From Octopus vulgaris (taxonomy: Eukaryota), in assembly GCA_951406725.2 (NCBI GenBank), contig OX597820.1, forward strand, positions 122,698,001 to 122,762,000: a DNA stretch of 64,000 bases, in the 5' to 3' direction. The notes beneath the pieces were generated by a model. The model made no database searches. It was not told where the DNA came from and saw nothing but the letters and a program-made list of their open reading frames with translations. A program made the translations under genes and the position numbers. Positions 13,095 through 27,887 of the stretch are shown piece by piece (within the stretch, counting starts at the first letter, position 1; each line of letters opens with the position of its first letter).

Positions 13095-13394
13095 CATACA
13101 TACATACATATGTGTGTATGTATGTAAGCGTGTATGTGTGAGTGCCTGTAATATAGGCATAAATAAACGTAAGCATTGAATGAAAGCGCTGATATGTAAG
13201 ACGGATCACAACCGCAGATCGTACGAATTCGTTCGTGAGGAAAATCACAGAAGAAAGCTTAGAGAATTCTTTCGTAGATTTCTTGAATCCAGTGGAAAAT
13301 CTTCAGCTGATTGCAATGCTTTTACTTTTGTTTAAAAATACTTTTTCTCTGTATTCTTCTTCCCCCCTCATCTACAAAAATCGACTCAATATAG

Positions 13395-13446
13395 ATTATT
13401 ATTATTATTATCATCATCATTATTATTATTCTTGTTGTTGTTGTTG

Positions 13447-13484
<38 letters not shown>

Positions 13485-13633
13485 GTTGTTGTTTATTATT
13501 ATTATTATTGTTTTTATTATTATTGTTATTATTATTATTATTATTGTTATTATTATTATCATCATTATTATTATTCTTGTTGTTGTTATTGTTGTTATTA
13601 TTATTATTATTGTTATTATTATTATTGTTGTTA

Positions 13634-13670
<37 letters not shown>

Positions 13671-13752
13671 GTTATTATTATTATTATTGTTGTTGTTATT
13701 ATTATTATTATTACTATTATTATTATTGTTATTATTATTATTATTGTTGTTG

Positions 13753-13784
<32 letters not shown>

Positions 13785-13806
13785 GTTGTTGTTGCTATTA
13801 TTATTA
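13395..13806. repeat. (ATT/GTT)n microsatellite
   Basis: Directly visible. Confidence 0.95.
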
Positions 13807-14445
13807 CTTTTGGTTTTCTACAATATAATCAAATTGCATATTTGATAGCGGAAAACAGTGGAATGAATGGTTTAGTCTTGGAGATGAGAGTAAGATGATA
13901 GTTTTGTAGGCGTCGTGTGAGTGGAGTGTAGGGAGACTAGAGGGGAAGTGTGAGTGATGGTTGAGTGAAAGGTGAGAAAGGTAGTTGGAGCGGTTGAGGG
14001 TTTGAAGGAAAGTGTGAGGAAATGGTGAGGAAGTGAAAGAATGGGGAGAGGGAAAAGCAAGAGGCAGGAGAGGAGGAGAGTAAAAGAGAAAGAGAGAGAG
14101 GTGAATGTATAGAAGAACTGGTTGGTAATAGAGGATAGGAAGCCAAGATGTAGAGGAGGAAGGGAGGGATAGGCAGAACAAGAGAGGAAGGGAGGAGGGG
14201 TAAAATTAGAGCGAAGAGCAAAGGTGAAGAAAAGGAGAAAGAAAGAATGAAGAGAAAAGAGTAGAAGTGAGAGAAAAAGACTCACTAGAACATATATTCA
14301 ATGTCGCATATGTATACATACATACATTCACATATGTAAATATGCATAAGTTTATATATATATGTGTGTCTGTGTATTTATGTGTATTCATGTGTGTGTA
14401 CTCACACACAAACACACATATATATATATATATATAAGTATATAT

Positions 14446-14727
14446 ATCACCGTGATCACAGTGACCGACCAGGCTATCAGATGTTGTTACACATCGATGG
14501 TCACACTGCGCTTCGCATTGTTTTTTAGCCTTCAAATTACGCCACCCCGCAGAAGAAAGAGTGAGAGAAAGTTGTGGTGAAAGAGTACAGCAGGGATCAC
14601 CATCACCCGCTGCCGGAGCCTCGTTGAGCTTTTAGGTGTTTTCGCTCAATAAACACTCACAACGCCCGGTCTGGGAATCGAAACCGCGATCCTACGACCG
14701 CGATTCCGCTGGGCCATTGCGCCTCCA
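14446..14727 (-). mobile_element. SINE family C
   Basis: Homology to other family-C copies; 3' end abuts TA repeat. Confidence 0.88.
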
Positions 14728-14739
14728 CATGTGTGTGTA

Positions 14740-15004
<265 letters not shown>

Positions 15005-15298
15005 AACTCTACACGGATAAAAGTCTTCGTATGGGCCTTGTTCCTGTTCAATAGTGCCTTGGACATGTATGTAGCTGTTGTTCATGTCCAGCTGCTTAGA
15101 TATGTATATAATCGCGTGCGTGTGTTTGCGAGACAGTGCAGGGGGACAGTAAAACTATATGAAGTTGTCGACAATTCGTATTTGAAACTCGGTATCGGTT
15201 GCATCTAGAAGAATTTCACTTCAGTTCATTAATGGCTTTGGCAAAATATACATAGAAAGATGCATGCATGCATACATATTCATACATGCATTTATATA

Positions 15299-15370
<72 letters not shown>

Positions 15371-15514
15371 AATATAGGGATGGTATTATTAAAATACCAT
15401 CACAAGTTGTAAGCGAATCATTAGCCGTACAGGCAAATTAATAAAATATATACATGCAATATTAAATATGTACATATATACACAAGGATACTACATGAGT
15501 ACCTATATCGCTAA

Positions 15515-15576
<62 letters not shown>

Positions 15577-15616
15577 TATTCATATACACACATATGCATG
15601 TTTATAACTAGTTTAA

Positions 15617-15836
15617 CCCTTTAGTGTTCAAATTACTCTGTTAAATGTCATACTTTTTCACTCAAATTGTTTTGAATTAATCATGCATTATCTTATAGCT
15701 TTGAGGTTTCAATGATGGGATTGTTTATATTTAGAATGACATTGTAGGTTAGGTGTGAGAGGCTAGATATTGCCAGTTTGAATATAAAACATGTAGAATA
15801 TTTGGGTCAGATATGATTGGTTTAAACACTTAAGGG
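15617..15836. mobile_element. piggyBac-type MITE
   Basis: TTAA at 15613-16 and 15837-40; termini CCCTTTAGTGTT ... AACACTTAAGGG. Confidence 0.8.
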
Positions 15837-16001
15837 TTAAGAATAACAGCGGAGCATTAATTATTGGCTGGCCCAATACTGAGACTGAAGTGAGGTTTAT
15901 TGAAAGATTCGAATTGACTGGGACTTCGACCTCTCACCTGTCAGTTTATGCAACCGCTTTGGTTCAACTGATGTGTGTGCGTGTGTTTATAGATTGATAG
16001 T

Positions 16002-16037
<36 letters not shown>

Positions 16038-16041
<4 letters not shown>

Positions 16042-16248
16042 ATCTAAACATGAAAGCACAAAAAAACACAACAACGTGAAGACGTGGAACAAAAATAGTA
16101 TTATTGGACGCTCAGGAAAGAAGGATAGAAGGAGGATTTAACGTTTCGAGCGGAGCTCTTCCTCAGAAACAAAGGAGAAGGAAAGATCCAGAGAAGGGAA
16201 GACAGAGGGGAAAAATCGCCAACGGTACACACGCGGTCACATTTTGAC
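16038..16248 (-). mobile_element. Solo PLE terminal-repeat-like unit in (TA)n
   Basis: TA repeats on both sides; shares hammerhead and downstream TTCCTGAGCG..C.A.TAATAC with the 3' end of the PLE at 12731-12866. Confidence 0.7.
16137..16169 (-). ncRNA. Minimal type-I hammerhead ribozyme
   Basis: Minus strand TTT CTGAGGA A GAGC-TCC-GCTC GAAA CGTT AAA. Confidence 0.7.
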
Positions 16249-16269
16249 ATATATATATATGTGACGCGG

Positions 16270-16307
<38 letters not shown>

Positions 16308-17145
16308 ACACACACACACACACACGGATCGAAACAGTTTAAGTCAAATTCGTTGGTACCTTTGTGTTTAGTCATCAGTCATTTTGGTTGAGTGTCCTTC
16401 TTTCGTTCGCTCACTCACTCGTATATATGTGCGTGTGTGTGTGTGTGCATATGAAAATATTTATATGTCTGTATACATATGCATGTATGTATATATGCGT
16501 GTATGTTTGTGTGTGTGTGTTTATGCGTGTGTGTATGTGTCTGTTTATATTATAAGTTAGAAGTGCAGCGAGACAACAGGTCCCTGTGCAACATGGATTC
16601 TGTTTGCACAAGAAATCTTTTGCGGATTCGCAGAAGAACTGATTTTCTCCATTACTTACCATTTATCTTTTATCCTTTACTTGTTATAGACATTAGACTG
16701 CGGCCAAAGCTGCGTCGCCACTTTGAAGAATTTTTTAAAGCTTAGTCCTTATACTATCGGTTCTCTTTTGTCGAGCTGCTATGTTGCAGGTACGCAAACG
16801 TATCAGCATCGGTCGTCAAGCTGTGTGTTCGGCGAATACAGACACAAAGCCACCACCCCACACACAAGTGCTGTAATTGGTCATCCGTTAGGTTCCAAGT
16901 TCATAGCTGAGGCTGGAACTGGAGATCCGTCGGAGGCTTCCGAGTTAACAGGTTTAAAGGAAAAAGAACAACAAATGACTCGAGACACTCACTCTGCCTT
17001 GCTTTTGTTGTCCTTTTCCCTCTAGTATACACACACACACACACACGCACGCACGCACACATACATATATACTTATATGCATGAATATATACGCGCGCAC
17101 TCACGCACATACATACATACATACATACATACATACATACATACA

Positions 17146-17241
<96 letters not shown>

Positions 17242-17390
17242 AATATAAGAGAGTGTCCACTATGTGGTCGACTCTTGCGCTAAAAAAGATCCGCTATGGT
17301 CTCAACCACCAAGAAATATTTCCAAGGAGAATTAGCACAACTATCAGCGTAAACGAGCAGGACAAATGAAAAATAACATAAATGTAGATT

Positions 17391-17469
17391 AATTCTAGAC
17401 AATTGTTTCGCTGTTAATGTATTATGCAATGTTACTTATATAATATATCCATAGCTCATCAGTAGAATT
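17391..17469 (-). ncRNA. Type-I hammerhead ribozyme, consensus core
   Basis: Minus strand AATTCTA CTGATGA GCT...AGC GAAA CAATTG TC TAGAATT: 7-bp stem I, palindromic stem III, GUC cleavage triplet. Confidence 0.85.
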
Positions 17470-17524
17470 TGTCTTTGACCCTTATTTTTGCACCTTTATT
17501 TTTGATTTTATATATATATATATG

Positions 17525-17680
17525 AACGACAGGCTTGTTTCAGTTCCCATCAACTAGATCCACTGATAAGGCTTTGGTCAGCCCGAGACTATAAGTAGAG
17601 GGCAGTTGTCCAAGGAACTACGTAGTGGGGTTGAACCATGTGGCTGGGAAGCAAATTTCTTACCACATAAACACGCCTCC
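17525..17680 (-). mobile_element. SINE family A, 5' part (diverged)
   Basis: Homology to 410-570. Confidence 0.7.
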
Positions 17681-17898
17681 CCTTATACATATGCTTGTAA
17701 AAAAGGGGCTTGCAGGAATCCAGCCCATTGTGGCCCATTGTATGTGCACGCATGTCTATATAAACACGATCTATTCAATACTTCATTTGAATGTCCATTG
17801 TGTGTTAATGATGAATTCTTTATTCGGTTTTTCAGAATTAATTTGCGTTGAACCAGAAATCAGAATCATTATAATCTTGTTGACGGTACTATTAGACT

Positions 17899-18135
17899 AA
17901 GGCGGCGATCTGGCAGAAACGTTAGCACGCCGGGCGAAATGCGTAGCCGTTTATCGTCTGCCGTTACGTTCTCAGTTCAAATTCCGCCGAGGTTGACTTT
18001 TCCTCTCATCCTTTCGGCGTCGATTAAATAAGTAACAGTTACGCACTGGGGTCGATATAATCAACTTAATCCGTGTGTGTGTATCCTTGTTTGTCCTCTC
18101 TGTGTTTAGCTCCTTGTGGGTAGTAAAGAAATAGG
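17899..18135 (+). mobile_element. SINE family B with TSD
   Basis: GGTACTATTAGA at 17885-96 and 18134-45. Confidence 0.9.
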
Positions 18136-19867
18136 TACTATTAGATTTTTGCCTCAGAACATATAACCACAATGGAATTACGTAACCTGAACTTTTTTAT
18201 TCGTTCCAGTGAAATGGGACGCTTTTTGTTATTATTAAAGCAGTCAGTATTTTAAAATTTTGACAGTTTATCCTGTTCTGTTATTTGCAAGTAGATTGTC
18301 TTTTAATGTTTGAAATCAATAAAACCTTATCATGTTTGTTCTTCGTGGTAACGATATTTCATTTCTGCCCGTATTCGCAAAATAAATAAATAAATTTACT
18401 TTCTGGTTTTGTAACCTTAATTTTCTCCCAAGTAGCCTTCCAGTGTCTCGGTTAACTTATTTTCCTCGAGACACCTTGGCCATGATTTTTTATGGTATCA
18501 ACTTTTATATAATTTCATTTAAAGAAGAGTTAAATTTTTTCTGATAACTTTGCATTTCAACCAAAGCCCTGTTCCTCATCGACTCCGCACAAATCTACTT
18601 CACCAGATCTCCCTTGTTACATATTGAAGGAATCAAAAATCATTACCTGTAGAATGTACGTGTTACCGTGTGTTGATGTGTGCGTGCGCGAGCGTTTGTG
18701 TGTTCAGAAGTATATATATATATGTATATACATTTTGCGTATATTTCTTGACATCTGTATATGTGGAAATGCACGAATATGTTGCGTATCTATATGCTCG
18801 TACTGTGTCTGTGTCTGCGCATGTGTACTCTTGTGAGCCTGCATTTCTACATATCATGTGCACCTTGTGTGTGTGAATTTAGGAGACACACACACATATA
18901 CACACACAGAAATATGTATGTGTGTTTGTGTATATTTCTTGGAATCGATTTCCATTTATCTTTAACATATTTCTCTTCTTTTTCAGAGAAGATCGTATGT
19001 CTTTTCTTTTTCAACTCCTCCACATCCATCCTTTTATTATTATCGTTGTTCTCACTTACTTCTTTTCAAGAATTCATATTAAGCTCTTTTGTTACATCTG
19101 TTTTTGCATCATTTTCGTTTCCTCCCCTTTCCTCCCCCTCCTCTACCTCCTCCTCCTCACTACCGCCACCACCACTATCACCAAAGCCCCACCATCATCC
19201 TCCTCAAACCGGTTCTCTTCCCTTCCCTCCTTCCCTCCTTCTTTCATTCACCTTTCTGCCTCTTTTCCTCGGCTCCCTCACCAGATTTCTGCTCCTTCTT
19301 CACCCTTACCTGCTCAGGAGGTATTTCTCTTAATTTTCATGTAATGCAAGTTCGTAAATAATTTAACGGGTCCCTCAACTTATTCAACATTCTCAGTTTC
19401 CAGAGCTGTTGACAACTTTCGTCTCATAATTATTTGATATTTATTTCTAAAATCGAATCTTCTGGTTTTCTTCAAAATTACATCCGATTGATTTTTGTCT
19501 GAAATCGGAAATGTGGTACTCTATATAATATAGAGATCACGCATTTTAAAAAAGTCTGTTAGTTTGCTTTCCTCGATTCAACACGATGTATATTCTTAGT
19601 GATGTATATTATATGTGGTGATTGATATATATACATATATAAATATATGTATATATATATACACACACACATATATATATACATACATATAACAACAATA
19701 TATATATAATAATATACACACAACATACATATATATATACATATATATACACACACACACATATATATATACATACATATACACACACACATATATAATA
19801 CATACATATACACACACACATATATATATACATACATACATATATATATATATAATATACATATATA

Positions 19868-19957
<90 letters not shown>

Positions 19958-19962
19958 GATAC

Positions 19963-20007
<45 letters not shown>

Positions 20008-20070
20008 TACATATATATATATAAATATACATACATATATATACATACATATACACATATATATATAAAT

Positions 20071-20362
20071 ATCACATGACTGACCAGGCTATCAGATGTT
20101 GCTACACATTGCTTGTCACAATGCGCTTCGCATTGTTTTAGCCTTCAAATGACGCCACCCCGCTGGCTAAGCGAGCAGGCTAACAGAAGAAAGAGTGAGA
20201 GAAAGTTGTAGCGAATGAGTACAGCAGGGATCGCCCCTCCCCATTGCCGGAGCCTTGTGGAGCTTTAGCTGTTTTCGCTCAATAAACACACACAACGCCC
20301 GGTCTGGGAATCGAAACCACGATCCTACGACCGCGAGTCCGCTGCCCTAACCACTGGGCCAT
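20071..20362 (-). mobile_element. SINE family C
   Basis: Homology to other copies; flanked by TA-rich microsatellite. Confidence 0.88.
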
Positions 20363-20749
20363 ATATATATATAAAAATATATATATATATAATACAAAAT
20401 GGGACAAGACCGCAAAACATCCAGACAGTTAGGGGATAAAAAAAAAGGGTCAACAAAACATTCAGATAGACGATACAAAGAAAACAAAGACGGTTCATCG
20501 GAGTTTTCTCTCCTCAGTCGAGTTCCAGATCATCTTTGCAATTTCAGCTCGTTATACTCGAGATTCCTGGCCGGTATTCGCCATGATAGATCGCTAGCCA
20601 CCAGACCTTTTTCTATTTTCTCTCCCTGTTTATTTCGGTGTTCATTTCTATCGAAGAGCGTAGACTCGAAACGTCTTTTGTTGTTTTTTTTTTTGTAAAT
20701 TCTCACTCTCTCTCTCTATATATATATTTGTATGTGTGTGTGTTTATGT

Positions 20750-21055
20750 ATATTAATTAGCATCTCTAGCCTTACTTGGATGTATTTTTTATAATGCATA
20801 AGACTGCGATGAACGTCCCGTGAAATCATTTTATATAGACGACAAATGTTAAAAGTAATACAAAACCCATCGGTTGCTGATGAACCGAAATACAGTAAAA
20901 TCACGTAATACAAGAGTGTTATTCGCCGATGCTGAGGAAATATTGTCACCCTGTCTCATTTTTCGTCTACACGGGATGATTTGTCGAGATGTTCATCGTA
21001 GTTCTAAGCATTATAAATAACACAACCGAGTTAGGTTAGACGTGATAATTAATAT
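20750..21055. repeat. Diverged inverted repeat (~100 bp arms), probable old MITE/foldback
   Basis: TATTAATTAG...TTTATAATGC...CGATGAAC...AAATCAT...TAGACGACAAATG mirrored by CATTTTTCGTCTA...ATGATTT...GTTCATCG...GCATTATAAA...TAATTAATA. Confidence 0.65.
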
Positions 21056-21091
21056 TCGCCTGTGTGCATTGGAAATCAAAAAACAAATTAC

Positions 21092-21518
21092 GGATCTTTT
21101 CGGTTTGAACGGCAGTTTTTTTCTAGCGGTGTCATATGAAATTGTCACCCATAATTATGACCGTAGTATCGACCTATTGCATTTCAGTCTGTTTAAGGGT
21201 TGGGTGAATTAGGGTTAGTTAGGGTTAGTGTTAGGGTTAGGGGTGGGGAGAAGGGTATTTTCTTTTCTTTACAAATGTAAATAAACCCAATCTGTTTCTC
21301 ATACGGCACAGAATGTTGTTTACCTCAATAGACGTCAGTGATTGGTTGAAATTGCAGAAATTGAAGAAAAAACAAATATCCTACAAACTATAGAATTTTC
21401 TCAATAAAGCCAAGAGAAAATGATGTGTTATAAACATATTCTACCAGTCTACGAAGTTTAAAATTTTTTAGTTACCTAGAAATTATGTTAGAAACTGCCG
21501 TTCAAACCGAAAAGATCC
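21092..21518 (+). mobile_element. ~430-bp MITE with internal TTAGGG repeats (copy 1)
   Basis: TIR GGATCTTTTCGGTTTGAACGGCAGTTT; TSD not recognisable. Confidence 0.9.
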
Positions 21519-21674
21519 AAAATATTTCCAAATATAAACGATGATAATAAAGCATCAGTTAGGGACGTAACTTAATTCTGTCGGGGATTTCAAGTTTTTT
21601 TTTGGTTGAAATTGAGTAAATTGCTGTGAATGTTAAAATTAATGAAATCTTTTGTTATATTTCATAGAAGAGAG

Positions 21675-21877
21675 AGGCGGCGAACCGGCAGAATCTTTAG
21701 CACTCCGTGCCAAATGCATAGCGGCGTTTCGTGCGTCTTTACGTTCTGAGTTCAAATCTCACTGGGGTCGATTTTGCCTTTCGTTCTTTCGGAGTCGATA
21801 AAATAAGTACCAGTTGAGCACTGGTACTTAAAACTCACCCCATCCGAAATTTCCGGCCTTGTGCCAAAATTTGAAAG
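21675..21877 (+). mobile_element. SINE family B variant with alternative tail
   Basis: Family-B head and core, tail GGCCTTGTGCCAAAATTTGAAA also seen at 5138-5159 and 36231-36680. Confidence 0.75.
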
Positions 21878-23543
21878 TAGTATTTAATTATTGTATCATA
21901 TGAGTGGGAGTATAATTTCATAACATAAAGCAATTAATTTAATAATAGCTTAGTGTGTTAAATTATGGAGATTTTTATTGTTTCTCTCGGATTTCTACTG
22001 ATCGACTGAAATTTTCGAAAAACCAATGAAAAATGAGGTTTTGTGTAATATCAAAAGTAGGAAGTTTCAAAACAAGTTAAAATAGGATTTGTAATGACCA
22101 AAGATTAGTAAACGCCAAATTCTAATCAAATAACGTGTTGTTTGCGATCTGATTTAAACGAAAAGTATGCTACGATTACATAAAAGGTGTTTTCTAATAA
22201 AAAAAAAAAGTGGGTGGTATTCACATTATGTACTTAAGAAAATAAAGATCCAAGCCTATATTTCTTTATTAGATATGGAAGGTAAACTGGTAAGGAGGAG
22301 GAATAGTTAGGATTTATAGGAATGGTGCGTTACATACAATTGCTTAGCAGTAATTTCTAGAAGCACTTTGAGGTTTAGCTGATTGTTCTCAAGAAGCACC
22401 ATAATACCACTTGTTGCGTTAACACTGTCCATAGCAGACGGATGAGAATTAGACGGAAATGGGTGCTTTTATAAAGACACTGGTTGAGAATACAGAGTTG
22501 TATTATATGGTGGGGAAGGATGGGAGAATGATGAGGAAAAGAAGGAAAAAGAAACATTATATTATGAAGAATTGAGTATTGAGTTACGGAATGAATTATT
22601 GAATTAAGTCGGAAGATACAGCTAAAAGCCTCTTGTAGGTAAATGTATGTTAGGGTTACAGACTACAAAAATAACTTTAGATATACGCAAATGTGTGTAG
22701 GCCATGTTTAAAGTATCTCCCTTCACATCACTAGCATCATTCCTATCATTGTGACACTCTCGCTTTCGCTCTTTCTCTCTCTCTCACTTACTTACCCCCT
22801 CTCTCTCTCTCTCGCTCTCTCTGAGACGACATGCCAACAACCACCCCTACCACCACTTCATTCCCTAACCCTTCATATGTCTTCCTACTGCGCTGGGTCA
22901 GTCATCTAATTACTCATGTTTTACTGCTGGTGTCACTACTCTCACCCCACCGTCCCCCCCCCATCAACAACTGGAAGAAACGAAATGCGTCATGTCTTAA
23001 AATAATTTTAACAACGTAGTCACACACACAAACACACACACAAACACACACACACACACACACACGCACACACACACACATACAGACACGTGTTTGTGGG
23101 TGATACGACATCTCTAAATGTGTGTATTCGGATGGTTGTTTCTACATTTAGAACCGTTATTTCTTCGTTCTTGTGTAGGACTGTTTACGATTGATTATCT
23201 GTTCGTGCGTGTGCGAGAGGGGGGTGGATGTATGTGAGTGTGTCCGTCTAAGTATGTTTCTCTGTTAGTTTGTGTGTTCGTCGGCAATATTTATGTGCGT
23301 AACAAGAAACGACGGGAAAATGGATGGCAGTTCTTAAAAAAAAATGAAACATTTAAAATAAAAACAAATATATCTCAAAATGCGGTAAATATTTCTTACC
23401 AAAAATCTGACACCATTTCATCGACAGAACCTAATTCTCCCCCTCCATCACCTCCAACCCCCACCACCATCTCCAACTATTCCACCACCCTAACCACTAC
23501 AACCTTTCATGTCTCACCCCAAATACCGCAACAACTCTTATAA

Positions 23544-23698
23544 CCTATTTCTTTATTTGCTCACAAGGGGGACAAACAAGGACAGACAAACGGATTAAGT
23601 CGATTATATCGACTCCAGTGCGTAACTGGTACTTATTTAATCGACCCCGAAAGGATGAAAGGCATAGTCGACCTCGGCGGGATTTGAACTCAGAACGT
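23544..23698 (-). mobile_element. SINE family B, 5'-truncated
   Basis: Homology to 4531-4764. Confidence 0.85.
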
Positions 23699-24089
23699 AT
23701 TACCACCACCACCACCACCACAACCACTACCAATACCTTCAGTAGCACCGTCGTTCCTCATACAATCACCCAAACTGCCAACTCTATCACCAACCTCAGT
23801 ACACCCACATTGTCACCCGTACGACTACCACCGCTACAAGCACCAGCACTACCGTTACCACTGACTGCACTCGTAGCACCATCAACACTGGCCGTACCAC
23901 CGTCCCTACCTTCAATCCTCCACAAAGATACCAGCAGCTGATACTACTATAACCCCTACTGCTACTGTCTCACACTCCTTCAATTTCATCACTATCACCA
24001 ACGCCAACAACGCCATCAGCACCAACGGCGTCACCAACGCCTATACGACTATCACCACCAGCCTCCATCCTGCATTGAATACGGTTACA

Positions 24090-24511
24090 GGATCTTTTCG
24101 GTTTGAACGGCAGTTTTTTCTAGGGGTGTCATATGAAATTGTCACCCATAATTATGACCCTAGTATCGATCTATTGCATTTCAATCTGTTTTAGGGTTAG
24201 GGTTAGGGTTAGGGGTGGGGGGAAGGGTATCTTTGTTTCTTCACAAATGTAAATAAACCCAATCTGTTTCTTAAACGAGGGACATATTCATACGGCACAG
24301 AATGTTTTCAACTCAATAGACGTCATTGATTGGTTGAAATTGCAGAAATTGAAGAAAATCAACAACAAATATCTTACAAACTATAGAATTTTCTCAATAA
24401 AGCCAAGAGAAAAAGATGTTTCATAAACACATTCTACCAGTATACGAAGTTTAAAACTTTTTAGTTACCTAGAAATTATGTTAAAAACTGCCGTTCAAAC
24501 CGAAAAGATCC
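24090..24511 (+). mobile_element. TTAGGG-bearing MITE (copy 2), 8-bp TSD
   Basis: TSD CGGTTACA 24082-89 and 24512-19; perfect ~29-bp TIRs; (TTAGGG)4 at 24191-24214. Confidence 0.95.
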
Positions 24512-25149
24512 CGGTTACATGTTGCCTCCATCTTGTCGTACTTGTTCAAATAATGGTGAACTGTTTTATGTCACAATCAGCTATTTTGGACACAAGCAAC
24601 GTTACAATCGAGGCTTTGTGACTTTATACGTGGCTGTAATCTGACTGGTAGCAATGTAGGATTAAACAATCTATTCTGAAGTACAAAGAAATATAGGTTT
24701 CTTCCCTTTTGATACTTTGTGATTTCCCATCCCCATTTACTTCCTGCATCTTCTAGATGGAGTTTTAGACTCGCAAGACAATGGATCTGCATCTGGAACG
24801 CTTTGTTTCAGTAATGTTGACAAAGCAGCGTCTTCTGCGACTAAACAGAACTATATGAAAATGGTAAATACATTTAAAGGAACTGTCAGTTGCTTTATTC
24901 TTGGAGTTTTTTTTTTCTAACGATTTTGATTTTCTTCCGTACCAAACCGCAGCCTCTTCTCTCTTTTATGTTTTCAAAACGTTTATATAAAGTTCAAGTT
25001 TCTGGTATTAGCGATCTCCAGCAATGATCCTTCACATTTTAAAGCTCGTGTAAAGAGTTTTCATGTCTCTTTTGCGGATATCTTTGTAACAAAGATGGTA
25101 TTAATCACAGGTACCTTTGTTGGTAGCCAGTTCCCCATATACTAGGTTT

Positions 25150-26460
25150 TTCGGTGGACTTGTCTCAGTCAACGGTGGTATCGCTGTTGATGTAGATGAG
25201 ATGTCAGGGTATCCGGGTGCGAGAGACAACATAATTGTTGTTGATTTGGTCAGTTCACTTAAGGTACAGAATCCATCGAAGACAGCCTAGGTGGAAGGCG
25301 TTGGGACATCTTGTAGCGTCAGGGATAGATGATCCAGCTCTCACTGTATAAAGCAGTGTACTGGGTCTACAGGAATTCTGTAGACAGCAATCTTGGTGAA
25401 CAGTGTTAGCTTTCTGTTTTCCTTGACATTCACTGTCAGCGATTCCTGTGCTCAGGTTTATCAACTAGTATGCATTTTGATCTCAGATATTAGCAACGGT
25501 TTGTCTGTGATGGTGGAGTCGATGTATATGTATATGAATGTACTATCTCCAGCTCACGTTTGTTGATGGTAATGGCAGAGGGGTGTTCAAGGCTTTATTC
25601 ACAAGCTCGAAGCATTTGTGAGATCAACGAAAGTGATGCAGAATAGTTGTCTTGGCTCTCTGCTTTTTTTTCTTGTTATTGTCGAAAGGAGATTTTGTTA
25701 TTTGTAGAACATTCTCGTCTCAAACCGCAATGAGAGACGTTGTATGTATTTACAGCGATTTTCTGCAACCTGTTTAAGATCACGATGGGCAAAGGCCTTC
25801 CAGGTGATACTCTGCAATATTTCCCCTGTTACTGTTGCAGTTACTTTTGTTTATGTACTAAGGACAATATTGTAGTCCCTCATGTTCTACGGACAACGAA
25901 AAACCTGGCTGATGACAGTCAAAGCTGATCTGGAACCCAACCTAGGCCCCCATATCTACGGCGTTCGCCGTTGGAATAAGGAGTGGTTGGAAATCACGCG
26001 GTCGTTAGCCTCAGATCGCCAGGCCTGGTCGGCGTTTGTGAGAGATGCAGCATTGAGGATGGATGAAGCCAGCTCAACCCACCCCGGGTGAATGCTGTCA
26101 AGTCAAGTCATGTCACATGTTCTACGGCTCTGCTCCTTCCGATCACTGCTACATTAATCTGTTCTTTACACACTTCATGTACTCTTATGGAATGTCACCC
26201 AAATCTGATGCTTTGCAAGTGGAAAATAAAAGGTCACTAGATTCATTCTACTCTTCAGACTTGGGCAATACATCTAGTTCCTCCATCACTGCTTGATGTT
26301 CCAAGACGTTCCAGAAAACTGTCCACAACGTGATTTGCCATGGAGTTCAGAGTAATACTCCACCTACCTTTCCATCCGTTTGCCCTTGTCTTTGATGGTC
26401 TCGCATTTTATGGCTTTCAGTGTTACCATCTTGCTTATGAGTAGGCTCACGGTGTTCTTT
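25150..26460 (-). pseudogene. Decayed RTE-clade LINE remnant (interrupted)
   Basis: STLLY...NAFHLGCLRWILYLK resembles the RTE C-terminal RT region; many stops; boundaries approximate. Confidence 0.55.
25893..26115 (+). mobile_element. 5'-truncated RTE-like LINE 3' end with TSD
   Basis: RKTWLMTVKADL...LASDRQAWSAFVRDA then (CAAGT)n tail; TSD CATGTTCTACGG on both sides. Confidence 0.85.
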
Positions 26461-26471
26461 ATGCCTTTATG

Positions 26472-26709
26472 AAAGGCGACGAGCTGGTAGAAACGTTAGC
26501 ACGCCGGGCGAAATGCGTAGCCGTATTTCATCTGCCGTTACGTTCTGAGTTCAAATTCCGCCGAGGTCGACTTTGCCTTTCATTCTTTCGGGGTCGATAA
26601 ATTAAGTACCAGTTACACACTGGGGTCGATGTAATTCGACTTAATCCGTTTGTCTGTCCTTGTTTGTCCTCTCTGTGTTTAGCCCCTTGTGGTTAGTAAA
26701 GAAATAGGT
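26472..26709 (+). mobile_element. SINE family B with TSD
   Basis: GGT(G/T)TTCTTTATGCCTT at 26451-67 and 26707-23. Confidence 0.9.
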
Positions 26710-27025
26710 TTTCTTTATGCCTTCATACAGTACACGGAACACGGATTTATAGATATATATGTATTACATTACACACACACATACACACACATTATATGAA
26801 GCTATACATAAACACACATAAGAGTGAATGTTTATGTCACCACTCCGCACAGTCATCATTCTCCATCGTAAATGACTCGGTAGCGTGTACCATGCTTTCG
26901 CTAATTGTTCATGTTCCCGTGTAGTCGCGTGCAGACACAGGCATAAACACACTACCGATCCCCACTTATTTCAGACAAATGGAACACCCAAGATGTGATG
27001 GTTTGATTGATTGATTGGTTGATTG

Positions 27026-27078
<53 letters not shown>

Positions 27079-27784
27079 GAGAGAGAGATCGGCACTAGCG
27101 CTGAGCACGTACTTTGTTTATTGACCAGTTCACCTCGGAGAAATGTGAACTCAGAGCAAAGAGAGCAGCAATTAATATCACTCCTCTGTCCACCCGACGG
27201 ACTTTCTAACAACCTCGTTTCACTGAAATGTTTATATTTTAGTTAAAACATCGAAATGAAACAAATAAAGCAAAAAAAAAAAAAAAAAAAAACAGCAAAA
27301 TTAAACCTAGCTGGCAAAAACCAAAAACTAAAAACTAAAACAATAAGCAAAGAACCCGCCATCATCGTACAAAGTTTGTTGTGGTTTTGGTTATCTAACA
27401 GTATGGAAAATAAAAGAAATAACAATATTGTATTTCATAGAGAATGGTAATTTTGAAATGTCAAAATTGTATTTAGTGATGTAAATTGATGTCTTGTAAT
27501 CATATTGCGTCGGGATATTTTTCTAGCAACTATTGATGGACGACGCCATTATTATTATTCTAAACACGACGAAGAAGAAGGAATTGGTAAATAAATGAAT
27601 ACATATTTTTAAATACATAAATGAATACATATTTCTAAACAAATAAACAAACTCGTTATAAATATATAATATACAAAAATATGTGGAAGTCTATGGAATG
27701 AAATGAAATATTGACAGACGGACACATACCGAGTATTTTGAAAGCTTCTTCAGTTTATGAACACGTCAGCCGGCATATTTAGAA

Positions 27785-27856
27785 ATGATGATGATGATGG
27801 TAATAATAATAATAATAATGATAATAATAATAATAATAAGGATGATGATGATAATG

Positions 27857-27887
<31 letters not shown>

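Noticed and set aside
18400-18650. Possible minus-strand exon starting after TTCTACAG at about 18648
   Set aside because: No open frame or recognisable protein; splice signals alone are insufficient
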